Assembly (NCBI GenBank): GCA_023389295.1
Contig: JAEWEO010000198.1
Location: forward strand, 6,688 to 70,687
Direction of reading: 5' to 3'
Source: Bacillota bacterium
Lineage (GTDB): Bacteria; Bacillota; Clostridia; Lachnospirales; Lachnospiraceae
Length of the DNA: 64,000 nucleotides
Shown here: positions 53,666 to 63,977 of the stretch, piece after piece
Layout of the letters: every line of letters starts with the position of its first letter
Position numbering within the stretch: position 1 is the stretch's first letter
The notes under the pieces: model-generated
The model's database searches: none
The model's input: only the letters and a program-made list of their open reading frames with translations
Told to the model about the DNA's origin: nothing
Translations under genes and position numbers: made by a program

Positions 53666-54625
53666 GTGTTTGATTTTGAAAAACCCAAAATAGAGATTGC
53701 AGAAATTTCCGAAGATAAGAAGTTTGGACGTTTTGTGGTAGAACCTCTGGAGAGAGGCTATGGTACAACCTTAGGTAATTCTCTTAGAAGAATTATGCTT
53801 TCTTCCTTGCCCGGTTCTGCTGTAAGTCAAATTAAGATTGACGGTGTTGTTCATGAGTTTAGTGTAGTTCCTGGTGTGAAGGAAGACGTTACCGAGATTA
53901 TCATGAATATCAAAAGCTTAGCAATCAAGAACACAAGCGATACGAGTGAGCCTAAAACCGCATATATTGAGGCCGAGGGCGAAGTTGTAGTTACAGCAGG
54001 AGATATACAGGCTGACCCGGATATCGAGATACTTAATCCAGATCAAGTGATTGCAACCTTATGTGGTGGCCCTGATAGCAGACTTTATATGGAGTTAACT
54101 ATCACTAACGGCAGAGGTTATGTAAGCGCTGACAAGAATAAAAATGATGATCTGCCAATCGGTGTTATTCCGATTGACTCCATCTATACTCCTGTAGAGC
54201 GTGTTAATCTTATGGTTGAGAACACCCGTGTAGGTCAAATTACTGACTTTGATAAGCTTACCTTGGATGTATATACCAACGGTACGCTCATCCCGGATGA
54301 AGCAGTAAGTTTGGCAGCAAAGGTATTAAGTGAGCATCTGAATTCCTTTATTGATTTGTCTGAACATGCAAAGACCGCTGAGATTATGGTTGAGAAGGAA
54401 GACAATGAGAAAGAAAAGGTTCTTGAGATGAACATTGACGAACTTGAGTTATCTGTTCGTTCCTACAACTGCCTAAAGAGAGCAGGTATCAATACGGTAG
54501 AAGAGCTTACCAACAAAACAGCGGAAGATATGATGAAGGTAAGAAACCTTGGACGTAAGTCTCTAGAAGAAGTACTTGCAAAATTGAAAGAGCTTGGATT
54601 ATCTTTAAATGCAAGCGATGATTAA
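53666..54625 (+). CDS. rpoA: RNA polymerase alpha subunit
   Basis: [31 protein letters not shown]. Confidence 0.99.
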   Translation: MFDFEKPKIEIAEISEDKKFGRFVVEPLERGYGTTLGNSLRRIMLSSLPGSAVSQIKIDGVVHEFSVVPGVKEDVTEIIMNIKSLAIKNTSDTSEPKTAYIEAEGEVVVTAGDIQADPDIEILNPDQVIATLCGGPDSRLYMELTITNGRGYVSADKNKNDDLPIGVIPIDSIYTPVERVNLMVENTRVGQITDFDKLTLDVYTNGTLIPDEAVSLAAKVLSEHLNSFIDLSEHAKTAEIMVEKEDNEKEKVLEMNIDELELSVRSYNCLKRAGINTVEELTNKTAEDMMKVRNLGRKSLEEVLAKLKELGLSLNASDD

Positions 54626-54689
54626 TAAATATAGTAATGACTGTAAAGTCATGAAGATGTAAGCACAATGATTCAAAGGAGGGAAACAA

Positions 54690-55226
54690 ATGGCAGGTTA
54701 TAGAAAACTTGGAAGAACCTCAAGCCAGAGAAAGGCATTGCTGAGAAACCAGGTAACAAATTTATTATATAACGGTAAAATTGTTACAACTGAAGCAAAA
54801 GCGAAGGAAATCCGTCGTATTGCTGAAGGCATGATTGCACTTGCTGTTAAAGAAAGAGACAACTATGAAACTGTAGAAGTTACAGCGAAAGTTGCTCGTA
54901 AAGATAAAGATGGTAAGAGAGTGAAGGAAGTTGTAGATGGTAAGAAAGTTACCGTTTATGATGAAGTTAAGAAAACAATTAAGAAGGATAGCGCTTCTCG
55001 TCTTCACGCAAGAAAGCAGATGATGAAATTCCTTTATCCGATTACTGAAGTTCCGAAAGAGAACGCTGGTAAGAAGAGAAATACAAAGGAAATTAACTTA
55101 TCTGATAAGTTATTCGATGAAATCGCACCTAAGTATGCTAACCGTAACGGTGGTTACACAAGAATCGTAAAGATTGGACCTCGTAAAGGCGATGCAGCTA
55201 TGGAAGTATTAATCGAGTTAGTGTAA
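54690..55226 (+). CDS. rplQ: 50S ribosomal protein L17
   Basis: [34 protein letters not shown]; internal insertion. Confidence 0.98.
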   Translation: MAGYRKLGRTSSQRKALLRNQVTNLLYNGKIVTTEAKAKEIRRIAEGMIALAVKERDNYETVEVTAKVARKDKDGKRVKEVVDGKKVTVYDEVKKTIKKDSASRLHARKQMMKFLYPITEVPKENAGKKRNTKEINLSDKLFDEIAPKYANRNGGYTRIVKIGPRKGDAAMEVLIELV

Positions 55227-55244
55227 TTTAAACGAAATGTAAGT

Positions 55245-55295
55245 AGAACTTTTGCTTTATAGCTAACATGGCTATAGGGCAAAGGTTCTTTTTTT
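55245..55295 (+). terminator. Alpha operon terminator
   Basis: AGAACTTTTGCTTTATAGC...GCTATAGGGCAAAGGTTCT followed by a T run. Confidence 0.85.
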
Positions 55296-55642
55296 ATCTC
55301 ATCATCAATACAAAAAGTAGTAGGAAAGTATAGTAACTTTCTACTTACGGGAAAATAATAAGTAAGATATCATAAATTATCAAAATAGAATTAGGATGTT
55401 AAAAGCTCAATATGCAAATGTCAGAAGTCAATTTAAGTAGTTATGATGTATATTTCTTGATATGAAACATTGTTTACTCGCAACAGGTTTTGCTAAGGGC
55501 CGTAATATGTAGTGCTTGAAAGAAGTACGTAATGGCACATAAGGCAACAAAAGAATAAATAAAGATATAAATAATGGAAGTTTTTAAAATTAGTATTTTT
55601 TTTTACAGCTTTATAAGGTATAATCATGTGTGACTATACTTT

Positions 55643-55683
55643 TGTGGATAAAGTTTCGTTATGAGATAGGATACTGTGGATAA
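55643..55683 (-). promoter_or_regulatory. Two perfect DnaA boxes upstream of ecfA1
   Basis: TGTGGATAA (reverse complement TTATCCACA) at 55643 and 55675, downstream of TATAAT at 55619. Confidence 0.6.
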
Positions 55684-55733
55684 TATAAAGTGCAAATAGA
55701 TAGAAAGATACGTCATAGAAATGAGGATACAAT

Positions 55734-56585
55734 ATGGAAATGATTAAGGTCAAGGGTCTTACATTTGAATATATTAGACGTGATGAAGATGGGAATGTGG
55801 AGTCGATTAATAAAGCAATTGATCAAGTGGATTTACAGGTAAAGAAGGGTGATTTTGTAGCTGTTCTTGGTGCCAATGGTTCCGGTAAATCTACCCTTGC
55901 AAAGCATATCAATGCGATTCTTCATCCTACGGAGGGAACCATCTGGGTCAATGGACTGAATACAAAAGATGAGAAAAATCTCTGGGACATTCGTCAATCG
56001 GCAGGAATGGTATTTCAAAATCCGGATAATCAGATCATTGCTACTGTAGTAGAGGAAGATGTGGGCTTTGGTCCTGAAAATCTTGGAATTCCTACAGAGG
56101 AGATCTGGAAGAGAGTAGAGGAGAGCTTAAAGGCAGTAGGAATGCTAGAATATCGTAATTCCTCTCCAAATAAACTATCCGGCGGACAAAAACAACGCGT
56201 TGCGATTGCCGGCATTATGGCCATGAAGCCACAATGCATTATCATGGATGAACCGACAGCTATGTTGGACCCGAATGGTCGTAAAGAGGTTATCGCTACC
56301 GTTCGTGAATTAAATGAGAAAGAAAATGTAACTGTAATTCTTATAACCCATCATATGGACGAAGTGATCTTCGCAGATCATGTATTTGTCATGGATCATG
56401 GTCATGTGGTGATGGAGGGAACTCCTAGGGAGATATTCTCCCATGTGGAGGAAATCAAGAAGTATCGTCTTGATGTTCCCCAGGTTACAGAATTAGCCTT
56501 TGAACTAAGAAAAGCCGGACTTCCCATACCGGAGGGTATTCTTACGGTAGAAGAACTGGTAGAGGTCCTAGAAGGGCTAAAATAG
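55734..56585 (+). CDS. ecfA1: ECF transporter ATPase A1
   Basis: GANGSGKST; FQNPDNQ; LSGGQKQRVAIAG; position after rplQ. Confidence 0.95.
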   Translation: MEMIKVKGLTFEYIRRDEDGNVESINKAIDQVDLQVKKGDFVAVLGANGSGKSTLAKHINAILHPTEGTIWVNGLNTKDEKNLWDIRQSAGMVFQNPDNQIIATVVEEDVGFGPENLGIPTEEIWKRVEESLKAVGMLEYRNSSPNKLSGGQKQRVAIAGIMAMKPQCIIMDEPTAMLDPNGRKEVIATVRELNEKENVTVILITHHMDEVIFADHVFVMDHGHVVMEGTPREIFSHVEEIKKYRLDVPQVTELAFELRKAGLPIPEGILTVEELVEVLEGLK

Positions 56586-56646
56586 GTGATAGGACTTATA
56601 ATAAATATTTGAGTGCTACCAGATCAGTATGCACTCAGGCAAGTAG

Positions 56647-57504
56647 GTGAAAAAATTGCAGATTATATTTGATAAAATAAATCATGTTTATAGTAGTGGT
56701 ACAGCATTTGAAAGACATGCCATTAAGGATGTTAGCTTTACCATTAACAAAGGAGAATTTATCGGGCTCATTGGTCATACAGGTTCCGGTAAATCTACCT
56801 TAATTCAGCATATGAATGGCTTGATGAAAGCTACCAGCGGTCATGTCTATTACAATGGAGAAGATATCTATGGACAAGGCTATAATCTAAGACAATTAAG
56901 AAGTAAAGTAGGCCTTGTATTTCAATATCCGGAGCATCAGCTTTTTGAAACAACGGTGTTTAAGGATGTCATCTATGGTCCCTCGAATTTGGGACTTGAG
57001 AAGTTAGAGTGCGAGCTACGTGCGTATGATGCTCTTAAAATGGTTGGTATTGGTGAGGACCTTTTGGATGCTTCACCCTTTGAGTTATCCGGTGGACAAA
57101 AGCGTAGAGTGGCCATCGCGGGTGTTCTTGCTATGAAGCCAGAAGTATTAATACTGGATGAACCGACAGCAGGGCTTGATCCTAAGGGTAGGGATGATAT
57201 CTTAGAGCAGATAGAGAAGCTTCACAAGGAGAGCGGGCTTACCATCATTCTTGTAACCCATAGTATGGAGGATGTAGCTAATTATGCAGATCGTCTTTTT
57301 GTTATGAACCGTGGTGAATTAGTAATGCAACATAAGGTCAAAGAGGTTTTTGCCAGATATCAAGAGTTAGAAGAGATGCATCTGGCTGCTCCACAGGTTA
57401 CTTATGTCATGAATGCTCTAAAGAAGAACGGCTTCCCGGTTAATACAGATGCTACAACGGTGGCTGAAGCCAGGGATGAGTTATTAAAGTGTTTTCGTCG
57501 CTAA
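56647..57504 (+). CDS. ecfA2: ECF transporter ATPase A2
   Basis: GHTGSGKST; FQYPEHQLFE; LSGGQKRRVAIAG. Confidence 0.95.
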   Translation: MKKLQIIFDKINHVYSSGTAFERHAIKDVSFTINKGEFIGLIGHTGSGKSTLIQHMNGLMKATSGHVYYNGEDIYGQGYNLRQLRSKVGLVFQYPEHQLFETTVFKDVIYGPSNLGLEKLECELRAYDALKMVGIGEDLLDASPFELSGGQKRRVAIAGVLAMKPEVLILDEPTAGLDPKGRDDILEQIEKLHKESGLTIILVTHSMEDVANYADRLFVMNRGELVMQHKVKEVFARYQELEEMHLAAPQVTYVMNALKKNGFPVNTDATTVAEARDELLKCFRR

Positions 57505-57590
57505 ATAGAGTCTGGAGGTTGCTAATTGCGACCTAAAAATTAATGACAAAGGTGCCATGAAATGACATCTTGTAAGAAAGTGAGTACATT

Positions 57591-58406
57591 ATGATCAGAG
57601 ATATAACAATCGGACAATATTATCCGACGGATTCCATCTTACATCGCCTGGATCCTAGGGTAAAATTAATCGGTACATTTCTATTTATCGTATCCTTGTT
57701 TTTATTTGAATCATTACTTGGGTATGTGGTAGTAGCATTATTTTTAGTTTCCATCATAAAATTGTCAAAGGTTCCTTTTTCCTTTATTGTTAGAGGTCTA
57801 AAAGCCATTGTCATATTACTGGTGTTTACTATGTTTTTTAACCTGTTTTTTACTCCCGGTAATGAGATCTTTCGTTTTTATTTTATTAAAATTACAGAGG
57901 AAGGTATAAAGACTGCTATTTTCATGGGTATTCGACTAACCTTCTTGATCCTTGGTTCTTCTCTTATGACCTTTACCACGACACCGAATCAGTTAACGGA
58001 TGGGCTTGAGAAGATTATGAGACCCCTTGGTCGTATTAAGGTGCCTGTTCATGAAATCGCCATGATGATGTCCATTGCGCTTCGTTTCATCCCCATTCTG
58101 CTGGAGGAAACAGATAAAATTATGAAGGCACAGATGGCTAGAGGTGCTGATTTTGAGTCCGGTGGATTGATGAAGAGAGCAAAGAGCTTAATCCCACTTT
58201 TGGTACCGCTCTTTGTATCAGCATTTCGTAGAGCCAATGATCTGGCCATGGCTATGGAGGCAAGATGCTATAGGGGCGGCGACGGTCGCACGAAGATGAA
58301 GCCTCTTCATTATCATAAGAGGGACTTTAGTGCTTATTTCTTTCTTCTTCTTTATCTTGGAATTATCATTACGGTTGGTATCATGGGTAAGAGGGGAATG
58401 ATATAA
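57591..58406 (+). CDS. ecfT: ECF transporter transmembrane component T
   Basis: LDPRVK; AQMARG and AMEARCY motifs. Confidence 0.95.
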   Translation: MIRDITIGQYYPTDSILHRLDPRVKLIGTFLFIVSLFLFESLLGYVVVALFLVSIIKLSKVPFSFIVRGLKAIVILLVFTMFFNLFFTPGNEIFRFYFIKITEEGIKTAIFMGIRLTFLILGSSLMTFTTTPNQLTDGLEKIMRPLGRIKVPVHEIAMMMSIALRFIPILLEETDKIMKAQMARGADFESGGLMKRAKSLIPLLVPLFVSAFRRANDLAMAMEARCYRGGDGRTKMKPLHYHKRDFSAYFFLLLYLGIIITVGIMGKRGMI

Positions 58407-59149
58407 TGAAACGTGTGAAACTGGAAATCGCCTATGATGGAACGTCATATTGTGGTTGGCAGCTTCAACCGGGGCTTCCAACCGTAGAGGCTGCACTTAA
58501 CAAAGCGTTATCGGAGCTTTTGGGAGAGGATATCCTTGTCATAGGAGCCAGTCGAACTGATTCCGGTGTCCATGCACTTGGTAATGTGGCCGTTTTTGAT
58601 ACAAATAGCGCAATACCTGCCCAGAAGATCTGTATGGCTGTTAATCAACGTTTGCCAGAAGATATTCGTGTACAGACCTCAGTAGAGGTACCGGAGGATT
58701 TCCATCCCAGGAAGTGCGTTAGTTATAAAACATATGAATACCGGATTATGAATCGAAGAATTGTACTTCCCACCGAGCGACTCTATGCAACGCACGTCTA
58801 TTATGAACTGGACGTAAATCTCATGCAGGAGGCAGCTAGCTATTTGGTAGGAGAACATGATTTTAAGAGTTTTTGCTCTGTTAAAACACAGGTGCTAGAT
58901 ACAGTAAGGACTATTTATCAACTTAAGGTAACCAAAAATGTGGATATGATTACGATTTCTGTGACGGGTAGTGGATTTCTTTATAATATGGTACGAATTA
59001 TAGCAGGTACTTTAATCGAGGTGGGACGTGGCGCTTATCCTCCAATGAAAGTGAAGGATATTCTTGCAGGCTGTGATCGTAGCCTTGCAGGGCCAACTGC
59101 TTTACCGCAGGGATTAACTTTAATCAAGATTGAATATCCGAACTTCTAG
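58406..59149 (+). CDS. truA: tRNA pseudouridine(38-40) synthase
   Basis: AYDGTSYCGWQ; SRTDSGVHA; FLYNMVR. Confidence 0.97.
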   Translation: MKRVKLEIAYDGTSYCGWQLQPGLPTVEAALNKALSELLGEDILVIGASRTDSGVHALGNVAVFDTNSAIPAQKICMAVNQRLPEDIRVQTSVEVPEDFHPRKCVSYKTYEYRIMNRRIVLPTERLYATHVYYELDVNLMQEAASYLVGEHDFKSFCSVKTQVLDTVRTIYQLKVTKNVDMITISVTGSGFLYNMVRIIAGTLIEVGRGAYPPMKVKDILAGCDRSLAGPTALPQGLTLIKIEYPNF

Positions 59150-59212
59150 TCATAAGAGTAAGGTTCATAAGATAAAATTGTAACAGGAACAAGGAATAGG
59201 AAAGAGGTAAGT

Positions 59213-59899
59213 ATGTTTGATTTCTCCTGGGATTTAAACTCAATTAATGATACCACCATTGTATTGCGCCTGTTCTTATCTGTGCTTCTTGGAGGTATTA
59301 TTGGATTTGAACGTGGTAGAGCAGGTCGTCCGGCCGGACTTCGTACGCATATCTTAGTCTGTCTCGGATCAACTCTAGCTATTATGACCAATCAATACAT
59401 TTTTCAGGAATACGGTGTTGGTGATCCTACGAGAATGGCGGCACAGGTCATTTCCGGAATCGGTTTTCTAGGTGCCGGCACAATCATCGTAACGGGTAGA
59501 CATCAGGTAAAGGGATTAACGACTGCCGCCGCCTTATGGGCTACCGCCTGTATGGGTTTAGCCATTGGAATTGGATTTTATAAGGCAGCCATCTTTAGTT
59601 GTCTTTTGATTGCTTTTGCAACCGTTGTACTGCACCGTGTAGATAACTATATGCTGTCTAAATCGAAGGTCCTGGATATTTATATTGAATTTCAAAAGAC
59701 AGCCTCAATTTCAATGGTTCTTGATTCGATTCGAAGCAATCATCTTCATATCGAGGCCATAGAGATGGTGAAATCCACCTATGATAATAATACTTCAGGT
59801 GCGATTATGACCCTAAGGCTGAAGAAGAAGAGAATTAAATTGGATGTTATTACTGAACTATGCGCGATAGAGGGCGTAGTATTTGCAGAAGAAATATAG
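59213..59899 (+). CDS. MgtC/SapB family membrane protein
   Basis: AGLRTHILV; DPTRMAAQVISGIGFLGAG; GLTTAA. Confidence 0.93.
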   Translation: MFDFSWDLNSINDTTIVLRLFLSVLLGGIIGFERGRAGRPAGLRTHILVCLGSTLAIMTNQYIFQEYGVGDPTRMAAQVISGIGFLGAGTIIVTGRHQVKGLTTAAALWATACMGLAIGIGFYKAAIFSCLLIAFATVVLHRVDNYMLSKSKVLDIYIEFQKTASISMVLDSIRSNHLHIEAIEMVKSTYDNNTSGAIMTLRLKKKRIKLDVITELCAIEGVVFAEEI

Positions 59900-59960
59900 A
59901 TTAGAGAAATAAATTAGAGAAATAAATAAAAGATGTATATCAAATGAAATATAGAGCTTA

Positions 59961-60006
59961 AAAGTAGAAGATAAATGACAAAATTCATTCATCTTCTACT
60001 TTTTTT
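59961..60006 (+). terminator. Intrinsic terminator after mgtC
   Basis: AAAGTAGAAGAT...ATCTTCTACTTT followed by Ts. Confidence 0.8.
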
Positions 60007-60157
60007 ATTATAATAACGAATAATTATGCATAATATATGCATAAACGTTGGAACCAGAAAATATTCCTAAATGTAGTAAAATATTGTAGAATAGTTATGA
60101 ATATATGTAAAATAATAAAAGGAATTTACTAAAAAGGGAAATATGTCCTTGAACTGG

Positions 60158-60185
60158 TTGACTTATAGGAAATTAGTATTATAAT
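60158..60185 (+). promoter_or_regulatory. Candidate sigma-A promoter of the EPS locus
   Basis: TTGACT-16 bp-TATAAT. Confidence 0.6.
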
Positions 60186-60353
60186 ACTAGGTACGTGTAG
60201 TGGATCAATTGGAAAGATTAGGTTTAATTGTATTATTAACCCAGAGAATATATGTATACATATAGAAAATATTTCCTTTTCCAATACATAATGTATTCCA
60301 CTAAGATGTATAACTATTAATTACAGTTAGATTAAAAAGTGAGGGGACTTTTT

Positions 60354-60569
60354 ATGAATAGGATTCTAACATTTTTGGCAGAGTTTATAACAAACACGAA
60401 TGATAGCGGGGGAATGAATACACCACTTCTAATTATAGTTATCGTGTTATTATTAAGTGCTTTAACGATCTGTATCGTTATATCAAGGCACTATAAGTTG
60501 TACATACACTCCAATGAGAAGAATAGTGAAGTATCTATACTGCAGGAGAATGAGGTTGTATTAAGATGA
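60354..60569 (+). CDS. Small single-TM hypothetical protein (71 aa)
   Basis: RBS GAGGGG; hydrophobic LLIIVIVLLLSALTICIVI; stop overlaps the next start (ATGA). Confidence 0.65.
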   Translation: MNRILTFLAEFITNTNDSGGMNTPLLIIVIVLLLSALTICIVISRHYKLYIHSNEKNSEVSILQENEVVLR

Positions 60570-61981
60570 AGTGGGAGAATGCCAGGGTAACAAGTAGGAT
60601 GACAATGTTGGTTGATATATTATGCATGCTGGTAGCATTTTATATAGCGGCATACATCAGGGGAGGGATCTTAACAAGGAATAACCTTCTTGGTCCCTAC
60701 GGGAATGTGTTAATTATCCTAATATTATCAATTATTGTTATTAGCAATATGGGGTATCGCAATACGAATTTCTTCAAGCGGGATTTCTTTGAAGAGATGG
60801 TAAGCGTAGTGAAGGATCAAGTTAAGATCTGTATGATACTGTTTGCCTATATGATTGCATTACAGATTGGAAGTGTATTCTCAAGAATATTTCTCTTATT
60901 GTTCTTTAGTTTGAACATTCTTATTACCTATGTGGCCCGTTCTTATCTTAAGTTAATCATGCTTATCAGCTATAAGAGAAGCTCCTCCAGCAATAAGGTT
61001 ATGCTAATTACCTTATCTAAGAATGCAAGTACGGTGATTAAGAAGATACGAAAAGAATATGAATGGAATATTCTTATCAACTCCATAGCGCTATGGGATA
61101 AGAATCGGATTGGCGATAAAATTGAAGGAATTGAAGTGGTAGCCACGCGAGATAATCTACTTGAGGTGGCAAGACTTAATGTAGTTGATGAAGTATTTAT
61201 CCATCTACCCAGTCATTACAACATCGAACTTGAGGAGTTAATTCTAGAGTTTGAGCAGATGGGTGTCATTGTACATATGAACTTAGATATCTTTAACAAT
61301 TTAAATATAAAAGAGAAGACAGTAAATGAATTTGCAGGACATCAGGTTATTACCTTCTCCACAGGATTATTCGACTTAAACCATGCCATAATAAAGCGAT
61401 GTTTCGATCTTATTGGTGGGTTATGCGGCTGTATATTAACGATTATTATAACAATATTCTTGGCGCCAGCGATTAAAATCGAATCGAGGGGACCAATTTT
61501 TTTCTCCCAAATTAGGGTGGGAAAAAATGGAAGAAAATTTAAAATTTATAAATTTCGATCTATGTATGCGGATGCAGAGAAACGCAAGCAGGAACTTATG
61601 GATCAGAACGAAATGGAAGGACTCATGTTCAAAATCACGGATGATCCAAGAATTACGAAGATTGGAAAGTTCATTCGTAAGACAAGCCTAGATGAATTCC
61701 CCCAGTTCTTTAATGTACTCTTAGGCGATATGAGCCTTGTTGGAACAAGACCTCCAACAGAGGACGAATTCCTTCAATATGAGGGTAGACATAAGAGAAG
61801 ACTCAGTCTAAAACCAGGACTGACAGGACTATGGCAGGTGAGTGGTCGAAGTGATATTAACAACTTCGAAGAGGTAGTTAAGATGGATCTTGAGTATATT
61901 GATAACTGGTCTATTCGAATGGATTTGAAGTTGATCATGAAGACTGTGGGGGTAGTGGTGTTAGGGAGAGGGTCAAGGTAG
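60566..61981 (+). CDS. Priming sugar transferase (CpsE/WcaJ-like)
   Basis: KRCFDL; FKIYKFRSM; DPRITKIG; LDEFPQFFNVLLGDMSLVGTRP; KPGLTGLWQVSGRS. Confidence 0.95.
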   Translation: MKWENARVTSRMTMLVDILCMLVAFYIAAYIRGGILTRNNLLGPYGNVLIILILSIIVISNMGYRNTNFFKRDFFEEMVSVVKDQVKICMILFAYMIALQIGSVFSRIFLLLFFSLNILITYVARSYLKLIMLISYKRSSSSNKVMLITLSKNASTVIKKIRKEYEWNILINSIALWDKNRIGDKIEGIEVVATRDNLLEVARLNVVDEVFIHLPSHYNIELEELILEFEQMGVIVHMNLDIFNNLNIKEKTVNEFAGHQVITFSTGLFDLNHAIIKRCFDLIGGLCGCILTIIITIFLAPAIKIESRGPIFFSQIRVGKNGRKFKIYKFRSMYADAEKRKQELMDQNEMEGLMFKITDDPRITKIGKFIRKTSLDEFPQFFNVLLGDMSLVGTRPPTEDEFLQYEGRHKRRLSLKPGLTGLWQVSGRSDINNFEEVVKMDLEYIDNWSIRMDLKLIMKTVGVVVLGRGSR

Positions 61982-62086
61982 AGGTGGTCTTTTATATAGA
62001 GCTGATACAGGTGCAATCATGAACATAATAATTAATACATGTGTATGCGGCATGATATGAATATTGATTTATAAGCATGAATTATA

Positions 62087-62148
62087 TTAGGAACAAAGCC
62101 CCGAAGCACTTGTGTATAGTGACTGCTTCATTGGAAGCTCAAAACTAG
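62087..62148 (+). ncRNA. Candidate structured cis-RNA inside the EPS operon
   Basis: Nested pairing TAG/CTA, AGC/GCT, CC/GG, GAAG/CTTC and CACT/AGTG with purine-rich internal loops, in a 249-nt spacer. Confidence 0.4.
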
Positions 62149-62230
62149 AATAACAATTTTTTAAAAAGCTTTACGCTCTGCATAAAGCTAATAAATAGAG
62201 ACTAATAGAAATATTATATCGAGGGAGATT

Positions 62231-63466
62231 ATGAAAAAGAACATTGCAGTAGCGGGAACAGGATACGTTGGACTGTCTCTAGCAGTATTACTTGCTCAGC
62301 ATAATAAAGTTATAGCAGTTGACATTATTGAAACTAAGGTTGAGATGATTAACAACAAAAAGAGTCCTATCCAGGATGATTATATTGAAAAATATCTGAC
62401 TGAGAAAGAGCTGGATTTAACTGCCACTACTGATAGTAAGGAAGCGTACAAGAATGCTGAATATGTCATCATTGCTGCTCCTACCAACTATAATTCTACT
62501 ACCCAGCATTTTGATACTTCTGCTGTGGAGAGTGTGATTGAAATTGTAATGGATTCTAACCCTGAGGCGTGGATGATTATCAAGAGCACCATTCCGGTTG
62601 GTTACACAGAGAGTGCCAGAAAGAAGTATGGAACGAACAAAATTATGTTCAGTCCCGAATTTCTTAGAGAGTCAAAGGCATTGTTTGACAACCTCTATCC
62701 AAGCCGTATCATTGTGAGTTGTGATTCAGACTGTGAAGAGGCTGCTCATGCGTTTGCTAGATTGCTCCAGGAAGGTGCAATTAAAAAAGATATCGATACC
62801 CTATATATGGGATTTACTGAAGCAGAAGCAGTTAAGCTTTTTGCTAATACTTATTTGGCGCTAAGAGTTAGCTACTTCAATGAGCTTGATACTTATGCCG
62901 AGATGAAAGGCCTTGATACACATGCCATTATTAATGGCGTTGGATTGGATCCAAGAATTGGAATGCATTACAACAATCCATCATTTGGGTATGGTGGTTA
63001 CTGTCTGCCAAAGGATACGAAACAGTTGTTGGCAAACTACGCGGATGTTCCGCAGAACATGATGTCTGCAATTGTTGAGAGCAACAGAACTCGTAAAGAT
63101 TTCATCGCGGATCAGGTTTTGAAGATGGCCGGGTACTATGACTATTTTAATCATGGTCATTTCAGCAAGGATTATGAGAAGGAATGTGTCATTGGTGTTT
63201 ACCGTTTGACTATGAAGAGTAATTCTGACAACTTCAGACAGTCTGCAATTCAAGGGGTTATGAAGAGAATAAAAGCCAAGGGTGCTACGGTTGTGATTTA
63301 TGAGCCTACGCTAGAAAGTGGCAGCACTTTCTTTGGTTCGAAGGTAATAGGGAACTTGGATGAGTTTAAGAAAATGAGCCAGGCGATTATCGCTAATAGA
63401 AATAACAGTAGTTTGGATGATGTGAAAGAGAAAGTTTACACAAGAGATATTTTTCAGAGAGATTAA
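62231..63466 (+). CDS. ugd: UDP-glucose 6-dehydrogenase
   Basis: [28 protein letters not shown]. Confidence 0.95.
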   Translation: MKKNIAVAGTGYVGLSLAVLLAQHNKVIAVDIIETKVEMINNKKSPIQDDYIEKYLTEKELDLTATTDSKEAYKNAEYVIIAAPTNYNSTTQHFDTSAVESVIEIVMDSNPEAWMIIKSTIPVGYTESARKKYGTNKIMFSPEFLRESKALFDNLYPSRIIVSCDSDCEEAAHAFARLLQEGAIKKDIDTLYMGFTEAEAVKLFANTYLALRVSYFNELDTYAEMKGLDTHAIINGVGLDPRIGMHYNNPSFGYGGYCLPKDTKQLLANYADVPQNMMSAIVESNRTRKDFIADQVLKMAGYYDYFNHGHFSKDYEKECVIGVYRLTMKSNSDNFRQSAIQGVMKRIKAKGATVVIYEPTLESGSTFFGSKVIGNLDEFKKMSQAIIANRNNSSLDDVKEKVYTRDIFQRD

Positions 63467-63504
63467 CGGGCGTCGCGCTTACCTGCCCGTGGGAGTTGAG
63501 AAGA

Positions 63505-63966
63505 ATGGGAAAAAAGATTTGTTTTGCAGCATCTTCGGGCGGACATTTTGAACAGTTGCTGATGCTGACACCATTAATGGAGAAGTACGATAGTTTTGTT
63601 GTAACGGAGAAAACATCTTATAAGACAACCGTTAAGGGCGTGAAGATGTACTACATGCATCAGGTCAACAGAAAAGAAAAGCTTTTTCCATTGTGGATGC
63701 TTGTGAATTTATTCAAAGCGTTACGAATCTCAATAAAAGAAAAGCCTGATATTATTATCACGACCGGTGTTCTTGCTATGATTCCGCTGTGTTTGCTTGT
63801 AAAAGTGTGTGGCGGAAAGCTTATTTACATAGAGTCATTTGCAAAAGTGACATCTGCTACAGAAACCGGAAAACTAATGTATAAGTATGCTGACCAGTTC
63901 TACGTGCAGTGGGAACCAATGAAAAAGATTTACCCTAATGCAATTTTCTTGGGTAGCATCTATTAA
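63505..63966 (+). CDS. PssD/Cps14F (Alg14-like) glycosyltransferase subunit
   Basis: AASSGGHFEQL; KPDIIITTG; YIESFAK; FYVQW. Confidence 0.9.
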   Translation: MGKKICFAASSGGHFEQLLMLTPLMEKYDSFVVTEKTSYKTTVKGVKMYYMHQVNRKEKLFPLWMLVNLFKALRISIKEKPDIIITTGVLAMIPLCLLVKVCGGKLIYIESFAKVTSATETGKLMYKYADQFYVQWEPMKKIYPNAIFLGSIY

Positions 63967-63977
63967 GGGGGAGAAAG

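Noticed and set aside
54850..55100. Insertions in L17, the N-terminal extension of L22 and the RpoB insertion near 23360-23490
   Set aside because: Recalled as ordinary Lachnospiraceae signatures; useful for taxonomy, not novel.
55734..58406. ECF module without a substrate-binding S component
   Set aside because: Normal group II ECF organisation downstream of rplQ in Firmicutes.
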